Shown in pieces: positions 55,351 to 64,000 of a DNA stretch of 64,000 nucleotides. The stretch lies in the NCBI RefSeq assembly GCF_009914755.1, contig NC_060941.1, one strand, 5' to 3'. The notes below the pieces were generated by a model that saw only the letters and a list, made by a program, of their open reading frames with translations, was not told the origin of the DNA and searched no databases. The stretch's first letter is position 1. Every line of letters begins with the position of its first letter. The position numbers and the translations under genes are program-made. This stretch comes from the human T2T-CHM13v2.0 reference genome, Homo sapiens.

Positions 55351-55801
55351 TGCTGTGGATTATATTGTGTCTCCTAAAAAGATATGTTAAAATCCTAACT
55401 CCAGGTAAGTGTGAATGTGAATTTATGTGGATGTAAGTGTTTGAAGATGTAATCAAGTTAAGCTAAAGTCACACTGGATTGGGGTGAGCCCTAAATCTAA
55501 TGCCTGGTGTTTTTATAAGGGAAGAAGACTTAGAGAGGGCAGGCACACACAGAAGACAGCCATGTGAAGACAGAGGCAGAAATTGTAGCAATGCATCTGT
55601 AAGCCAGGGAATACCAAGGATTATGGTAACTGCCAGAAGCATAAAACAGATTCTCCCTCAGAGCTTCCAGAAGTTACCAGTCTTGCCCACATTTTGGTTT
55701 CAGGCTTCTGGCCTCCTGAACTGTGAGAGAATAAAGTTCTGTTGTTTTTAAGTCACCCAGTTTATAGCAATTTATTAGGACAGCCATAAAAAACTAATGT
55801 A
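55351..55801 (+). mobile_element. MLT1C MaLR LTR
   Basis: ttgtgtctcctaaaaagatatgtt...gatgtaatcaagttaag...ccatgtgaagacagaggcaga...gaactgtgagagaataaa. Confidence 0.88.
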
Positions 55802-56169
55802 AATACTCTGAATAGCAAGCTCAGTGTCCCACATTCCCAAAGTTCTTAAATCTGAGTTCATTAAGATGATGAGATACCAGGAAAGAGTTAGGAATATGCA
55901 AGGCCAAATGAGAGCAGTGGAGAGAGGGAGAAACGAAGAGAGAGAGAGAGAAAGAGAGAGAGAAACACATGCTCGTTCAAACCACAACATAAGATTAGTC
56001 CTAAAAATGAGCAAGTAGAAGGTAGGGTTTACTACTAGAAACTAAGTGGAAACAACAGTTCTGTTTCTGTCATGGAACTAGGGGTAGGCATTGTGACAAT
56101 CCAACTTTTCTGGGAACTTCCCCTGCTATTTCACAGTAATGAAATTCGTCCTTTAAAAACTCACATTCA

Positions 56170-56830
56170 TAAATCAACAAAGGAGATAAAATTGAATAAA
56201 AAGTAATCAATTAATCCAAAGGAAGAGAAAAATTGACATGGAAACAAATATGGGCTAAATAGAAAAGAAAGATCAAGATAAAAGGTTTGGACCTAACTAT
56301 ATCAATGTAAATGGTCTAAATATTGCAATAAATATGCAGAGGTTGACATAATTGGAGAAAAAAGCAAGACCCAACTATATAATGCCTACAAGAAAAAGAC
56401 TTCAAATATAAAGACAAAAATAGGTTAAAAGCAAAAAGGACAATAAAAAGGACTTATTATGTTAACACTAATCAAAAGAAAGCTTGAATGCCTATAGTAA
56501 TATAATACCAAAGTATATTTCTGAGCAAGTATTACCAAGGATAAAGAATCCTTTATAATGAAAAAGAGATAATATATCAAGGGAACATAGCAATTTTAAA
56601 CGTGTATGTACTTAATAATAGAACTTCAATATGCATGAAACAAAATGTGATAGAATTATAAGAAGAAATAGGAAACTTTTTGGAGTGTTGGGTACGTGAA
56701 TTTTCTTGATTATGGCAATGGTTTCATGAATGTTTAAATATCTGAAAACTTAAACCATATTCTTTGAATATGTACTGTTTTAATTACGTTTGATTGTATA
56801 TCAATAGAGCTGTTAATAAAGTCCTAGGAA
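56170..56830 (+). mobile_element. Old L1M fragments (ORF2 endonuclease-region remnant and 3' end piece)
   Basis: aatgtaaatggtctaaat...caagacccaactata...tgcctacaaga...ctaatcaaaagaaagct. Confidence 0.75.
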
Positions 56831-56950
56831 TCTGAAAAAACAAAATGAACAAAATATTTAATAAATAAACTGATGTAAATTTTTGCTTTATCAGAAAACA
56901 AAAATGCTTCACATTTTTTGCTTTTGGACCAAAGGAAAATTAGTTGTGTT

Positions 56951-59297
56951 TGATAATATGGTTTGGGTCTGTGTCCCAACCCAAATCTCATGTCAAATTG
57001 TAATCGCCAATGTAGGAGCCGTGGCCTTGTTGGAAGTCATTGGATTATGGGGGTGGTTTTCCCGCCTGGGGCTGTTCTCATGATAGTGAGTGAGTTTTTG
57101 TGAGATCCGGTTGTTTAAAAGTGTTTAGCACCTTGCTTGTCTCCCTCTTTCTCCTGCCCTGTCCATATGAAGTGCTGGTTTCCCCTTTTCCTTCCACCAT
57201 GATTGAAGCTGAGCACATGCTGCCATGCTTCCTGTATAGTGTGCAGAACTGTGAGCCAATTAAACCTCTTCTCTTTATAAATTACCCAGTCTCAGGTATT
57301 CCTTTATAGCAGTGCAAGAATGGACTAATACAGAAAATTGCTATCTAGGAGTGGGACATTGCTATAAAGATACCTGAAAACATGGAAGTGGCTTTGGAAC
57401 TGCGTAATGGGTAGAGGTTGAAAGAGTGTGGAGGGCTCAGAAGAAGACAGGAAGATGAGGGAAAGTTTGGAACTTCCTAGAGACTTTCTGAATGGTTGCA
57501 ACCAAAATGCTAATAGTGATACAAACAGTGAAGTCTAGGCTAAGAAAGTCTCAGACAGAGATGAGGAATTTATTGAGAACTCGAGCAAAAGTCACTTTTG
57601 TTATGTGTTAGCAAAGAACCTGTTGGCATTGCGCCCCTGCCTTAGGGAGCTGTGGAACTTTGAACTTGAGAGTGATGATTTAGGGTATTTGGTGGAAGAA
57701 ATTTCTAAGTAGCAAAGCATTCAAGATGTGGCCTGGCTGCTTCTAAAAGCCTATCCTCATATGCATAAACTAATAAATAACCTGAAGCTAGAGCTTATAT
57801 TTAAAAGGAAAACAGAGCATAAAAGCTTGGAAAGTTTGCAACTTGGCCATGTGGTAGAAAAGAAAAACCCATTTTCAAGGGAGGAATTAAAGCCAGCTGC
57901 AGCAATTTGCATAACTAAAAGGAAGGGAAGTACTAATAGCCAAGACAATGGGAAAAAAGGCCCCAAAGGCATTTTAGAGATCTTTGCAGCAGCCTCTTCC
58001 ATCACAGGCCCAGAGGCCTGAGAGGGAAGAATGGGTTTATGGGCCAGTCCCAGAGCCCCACTCCAGTTCCATCCATGGCTCAAAGCAGCCCAGGTACTTG
58101 AGCTGCTTCTTCAGAGGGTGCAACCCATAAGCCCTGGTGGTTACCACATGGTCTTAAGCCTGTGGGTGTGCAGAGTATAAGAGTTGAGGCTTGAAGGCCT
58201 CCACCTAGATTTCAGAAGACATATGGAAAAGTTTGGATGTCCAGGCAGAAGTCTACTAAAAAGGTGGAGCCTTCATGTATAACATCTACTAGGGCAGTAT
58301 GTAGGGTAAATGTGGGGTTGGAGCCCTCACACAGAGTCTCCACTGGGGCACTTCCTAGTGGAGCTGTAAGAAGAGGGTCACCATCCTCCAGACCCCAAAA
58401 TGGTAGATACACTGACAGCTTGCACCATGTGCCTAGAAAAGCTGTAGGCACTCAACATCAGCCCATGAGCACAGCCTTGGGGGCTGAACTCTGCATAGCC
58501 ACAAGGGGATTGCTGCTTAAGGCCTTGGGAGCCCACCTCTTGCATCAGTGCACACTGGATGTGGAGAAATTGAGTCAAAGAAGATTATTTTGAAGCTTTA
58601 AGATTTAATGACTGCCCTACTGTGTTTTGGAATGGACAGGGCCTGTAGCCCCCTTTTTGGGCCAATTTCCCCCTTTTGGAAAGGGACTATTTATCCAATG
58701 CCTATACCCTCATTGTGTCTTGGAAGTAACTAACTTGTTTTTTCATTTTACAGGCTTATAGACAGAATGACTAGCTTTGTCTCAGATGAGACTTTGGGCT
58801 TCGTACTTTTAAGTTAATGCCAGAATGAGTTAAGAGTTTGGGGGACTGTTGTGAAGACATGACTGTATTTTGCAATGTGAGAACAACATGAGATTTGGGA
58901 GGGGCCAGGAGCAGAATAATATGGTTTGGGTCTATGTCTTCACCCAAATCTCATGTCAAATTGGAATCCTCAATGTTGGAGGTGGGGCCTGGTGGGAAGT
59001 GATTGGATCATGGGGTCAGATTTCCCCCTTGGTGCTGCTTTCATGATAGTGAGTAAGTTATCATGAGATCTTGTTTAAAATGTATAACACCTCTCCCATC
59101 TCTCTCTCTCTCCTATCCTGGCCATGTGAAGTGCTGGTTTCCCCTTCAGCTTCCACCATGATTGTAAGTTTTCTGAGGCCTCCCTGGCCATACCTTCTGT
59201 ACAGCCTGCAGAACTGTGAGCCAGTTAAACCTCTTCTCTTTATAAATTGCCTAGTGTCAAGTATTCCTTTACAGCAGTGCAAGAAAAAACTAATACA
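56951..59297 (+). mobile_element. Complete MSTA-type MaLR: 5' LTR ~56951-57332, internal region 57333-58916, 3' LTR 58917-59297
   Basis: two similar LTRs (taatatggtttgggtct...taataca); MaLR-int motifs (gctataaagatacctgaaaa, gggctcagaagaagacaggaagatg); polypurine tract ttgggaggggccaggagcagaa. Confidence 0.94.
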
Positions 59298-61529
59298 GTT
59301 TTCAGAAAATAAAGAAATACATATAAGTCTAAAATTTTGATATTTTTCATTTTAAATAACATAATACTAACTTTAATATTAAAATCAATGTTCACCCCAT
59401 CAGTAATATTAGCATCTTCAAGTATGATGTGCTGTAAATAGACATAAATGAATGATAGCAACCATTCCTATATTGTAAGAAATGGGTGTTTTATTAAATG
59501 AAATATAAAACATAAGCAAAATTATTTTTTAAACAGAATAACAGTGAAGGGAAAATGTTCAATGTAAACTATGATGTGAAAAAAGGTGTTACAAGCTCTT
59601 TAAATCTTTACCATAAAACGTACATATTTTGTTACGTAAAAAGAGACGGAAAACCTGGTGTAGTGATGCAATTTAACAGATATACTTTAAATGAGATTTT
59701 CTCATTTTAAGCTTAAAATTTTAATTTATTGTCATTGCCTATAATTTTTCTGGTAGTTTTATTACAGTAAATGTACATTTAATACATTAAACAGTTTCCA
59801 ATTTAAATTATTAGAGTCAAAAAGCTACAGAATTGAGAAAGTGCTTAAAGAAATATTTTGAATGAAAGGTCACTTGACAGGTTTTGTAAGAAATAATTAA
59901 GAACTATGGGCATAAAATGAAAAGTAAATTATATTTTCTATGAGAAAAAAACTGATACATTATTTCAAGTGGGAAAAATTTGGGATGCTAAAAATATTTC
60001 AAAGAGTTAAAGCACATAAAAGCTACCATTTTGATGACTGAGGCTTAGAAAATTATTTTAGAGGAGCTTTGAAAGGCTTTTTTAAATATTAATGATCATC
60101 AGTTTGGGCCAAAAAACTTGGAACTTCAAATAGAGTGCCTCCTTAATATAGCACACATGTAATTTCTACTTCAGTAAATATGAGAAAACAAATTGCATCA
60201 AATTAACCACCACTACCAACACCACACGGTCTTCTTTTAGTTCCTTTTCCACTACAGTGGGAAGAAAATAAACAAAAATGTACAATTGGATTAACTGAAC
60301 CAAACCATCAAGGGAAACTATTAATTTTCTTGTTTATGAAGGATCTTAATATATTTGCAAAAAGCCCTAGGAAGCCCAGATTTACCTTTGAAAATTACAA
60401 CTTTTAATTTAAGGAAAGGCAGGGAAGCTAAAACTGGTTAACCAATTTGATTGATATATAAAACACAAATAGTCCTAGTCTATAAAGCTTGGAGCCCTGT
60501 AAAGTTTAACTTTATAACATGTAAGTTCATTTCATAGTAAATATCTTCATCTTGCGGCACTGCCGCTAAGGATTATTTTCATTATGTTGAGATTTTGCAA
60601 CTGTGATCATGAATTGACTCCATGACCTCAAAACATTCTGATAACCAGAGCATCCCAGCTTGATTAACCTAGTTTTTATAGCTATTAAGGTGAACAACAT
60701 CCTTGGTAGTATATAGATTATCTTACATTAGGCTTTTTTTCTCTAAAGCCTATCAGTTGAAAAATCAATATATTTTCAACTTCCATATTACCACCCTTTT
60801 TCCTCTTCCAATGAAATTATAAAATGTGAACATAAATGGTTTCTGCACTAGAATTTTGCAGAAGTGGGATGTGACATAAATTCTAAATTTATCAGGTCAA
60901 CTGTGCTCATGATAGTAATTTTTTAAGTAAAGAAAATACTCTGCCATGTTCTTACAAAGGTATTACTGAAGAAATAGTCTTGAACTTAGGCGAAATTGGT
61001 AGTGGTCAGTGGTCAAAATGGAAATAACCTCCTTTAAAAACACTGGGTGCTAAAGAAAAAAACAAATACTAGTCCGTGCCTACAAAAGACCTGTACAAAC
61101 CCTAAAGTGTTCTACAATTGAAATGTGTCACTACTAGGATTCACCAGTCGGTTTGATGAACTGTTTTTACTTGTTTATACATTTATACTTGTTTAGAGCT
61201 AGTAGGAACCTCTGAAATCATTTAATCTACTCCCTAATGAGCAAACTGAGACTCTGAGAACCCCCAAGGGTTTACGTAAAGTCATAAGATAGTGTCATTC
61301 ATGAGCAAAACCCCAGATCTTGAGGCTGTTAAGAGCTGCTCCTTGTAGAGTTTCACAGCCCTGCAATGAAGAGATCTGTGAGTCACTTTACCAAGTAACC
61401 CTAAGCTTTGCTTTCTGTTAGATGACTTACGATGGGAATGCCTCTGTAGTCACCCTCCTGCCCATGACTTATGTCTGCAAAATAGAGATACATAACTATG
61501 AAATGATGAAACCAGACTCCATCAATCAG

Positions 61530-61897
61530 TGCTATAGACTGAACGCTTATGTCTCCCCAAAGGTTCGTATGTTGAACCCTAATCCTCAATGTGATTAGAT
61601 TTGGAGGTGAGGCCTTTGTCAGGTGATTAGATCATGAGGGTGGGGATCTTTTGAATAGGATTGGCGCCCTCATAGAAGAGATCCCAGAGAGTGCCCTTGC
61701 CTGTTCCACCATGTGAAGATACAATGAGAAGATGGGTGCCTATGAAATAGGAAGCAGGCCCGCATTTGACACAGAACCTACTGGCATTTTGATATTGGAC
61801 TTCCCAGCCTTCAGAACTGTGAAAAAATAAATTTCTAATACTTGTAAACCAACCAGTTTATTGCATCCTGTTATGGAAGGCCAAATGGTCTAAGACA
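61530..61897 (+). mobile_element. MLT1A0 MaLR solo LTR
   Basis: tgctatagactgaa...tatgtctcccc...ggtgattagatcatgaggg...ggacttcccagccttcagaactgtga...ctaagaca. Confidence 0.9.
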
Positions 61898-62159
61898 ATG
61901 GCTTCAAATTATTCCTTTCTACTTCTAATTTCTACTTAGCTGTTAGAGAGCTTTAGGATTTGGAAACTTCCAGTGCATATTTTAGCAGTTCTCTAATTTC
62001 AAGGTAAAATAATAACACGATGTAATGCAATTATCTCAAATTATATAATCTCTGTGCAAAGAGACCCGGAATATAAGAATGCCTAAGTACACAAACATAT
62101 TCATGCATAGCACTGCCATTTTAGAACCAAGAAAGTGAGTGAATATAAAGCTTCCAAAC

Positions 62160-62395
62160 AACAGCTAATATAAAAGCTGAAACACATCCTAGTTACCATG
62201 TGCCAGGCATTGATATAAGCATTTTACATAATAATTTAATCCTCATAACAATCCTTTGTTGTGAATGCTATTATTAACATCCCCTCTTTACAGAAGAGAA
62301 AACTGAGGCACAGAGAGATTAAGTCCTGTTACCAAAGTTGCAAAGCTAGAAATAGGCAAATCTAGAATTCAAATTGAAAGGCCATCCTCTTAACT
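62160..62395 (-). mobile_element. MIR
   Basis: accatgtgccaggca...tttaatcctcataacaa...ttacagaagagaaaactgaggcacagagagattaag. Confidence 0.85.
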
Positions 62396-62780
62396 AATAA
62401 TTTACATTACATTGATTCTTTGTAATAAATATTTATATTAGAATATAGGCTAAGAAGGGCCTAAAAAGGGTGCCAGGTGATTTGTAAGTTATAATTCCTT
62501 AGTTATCGTGGGTTTTGGCCTATGCTGACCAGTTTCACCTGGCACTACCAGCTAAAATTAAACGGCGTCTTCACCAGTCCTTTCAAATGGAGCAGATGGA
62601 ATGATCTCCCAATGCAATGGCTTGTCATTTGTTTCTTACACAGACCCATGAGCCACCCTTTGTCAAATGAATGCCATCAGCCAGATGAGAATGATGAGAA
62701 TGAGGAAGAGGAACTGGAGAATCTAACTGAGGAACTAGGGGAGCGTGGGATTTGAGATGTACTAATCAGGAAGGAGGTGA

Positions 62781-63086
62781 GGCCAGGCGTAGTGGCTGAT
62801 GCCTATAATTCCAGCACTTTGGGAGGCCAAGATGAGCAGATTGCTTGAGCCCAGGAGTTCAAGACCAGCCTGAGCAACATGGTAAAACCCATCTCTACAA
62901 AAAGTACAAAAAATTACCCCACTGTGGTGGCACATGCCTGTAGTCCTAGCTACTTGGGGGGCTGAGGTGGAAGGATAACCTGAGCCTGGGAATTCAAGGC
63001 TACAGTGAGCCGTGATCATGCCACTGCACTTCAGCCTGGACATTGGAGTAAGACCCTGTATAAAAAAAAAAAAAAAAAAAAAAAAA
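62781..63086 (+). mobile_element. Full-length AluJ
   Basis: ttgcttgagcccaggagttcaag, aggctacagtgagccgtgatcatgcc; A25 tail. Confidence 0.96.
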
Positions 63087-63153
63087 GTGGTAAAAAGGGA
63101 AGAAGTTTCATTCTGCATTTACGGCAAATTTTTCTTCAAGAATCAAGCAAGCA

Positions 63154-63456
<303 letters not shown>

Positions 63457-64000
63457 AATCAAGCAAGCAGAAGTGGATATAGGTTTAATGGCACCTGACA
63501 CCCTGACACTCAAATAATTTTAGGGCTCCCTTCAAGAAAAAAATACAAAAGTAGAAATGTAGGGGCAAAGGACCCTGGAAGGCACTCATTGCCAGTGAAG
63601 AGTCTGAAGCTTGAGCTTTACTTATTTTGTAGCGAGTTGTGAATTTACTTGCATATGGCAGAGGCAGGAGAAGGCAGGAGGAACTTTTGCTATCTCTGTG
63701 CCCCATGTAGACTGCAGATTTCTTCACGAGAACCCTTCAGGAGAGACAACAGCTACCTGGGGACTATGAATTAAATCGAGAGGAATCAAAGATGCATAAG
63801 CTACCTTTCAAATTCCTATGAAAAATGTGGCCAAGTTAAAAGATAACATGCAGAAAATGTATTTAAAAACGTGTAAAGAAAAACTTGGGCCACAGCCATT
63901 GGAACAATTTTATTATAACTGGGCTTCCCTTGGCTTTAGAATAGACCAGGGAGGAGATCACTAAGGCAGTAAAATCAATAAAGAGGGCTACAGAGATTTT

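Noticed and set aside
57728-58593. ORFs inside the MSTA internal region
   Set aside because: Decayed MaLR internal sequence with stops and frameshifts; no evidence of domestication.
59300-60200. Very AT-rich block, possibly an old DNA transposon interior
   Set aside because: I could not recognise termini or a family; a Dfam search is needed.

Overview
Simian-primate genomic DNA, probably human or another catarrhine. The evidence is AluJ/S/Y, L1PA8, L1PB1, THE1A, MSTA and LTR8 insertions. The window looks intergenic or intronic: I recognise no protein-coding exon, RNA gene or CpG island, and I cannot name the locus. Most long ORFs in the track come from Alu, L1, MaLR or the tandem array. Much of the window is interspersed repeat: 17 Alus, several L1 blocks, MaLR/ERV LTRs including a complete MSTA element, hAT/Tigger MITEs and MIR/L2. 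Family and subfamily calls are from remembered consensus sequences, so boundaries are approximate unless a TSD is given. The most unusual object is a ~2.4 kb AT-rich minisatellite (44284-46709). Its ~30-33 bp units are quasi-palindromic and each carries a GGAAGT ETS core. It is bounded by a perfect 25-bp inverted repeat, and its unit resembles an inverted copy of its own left flank. Other items of note: a local duplication of a MER31 LTR end plus flank, a 6x23-bp PBX/HOX-motif array beside an LTR8 solo LTR, a nested-palindrome element at ~20.2 kb, and a twin-primed L1PA8. I cannot show a new biological system from sequence alone; these are testable candidates.
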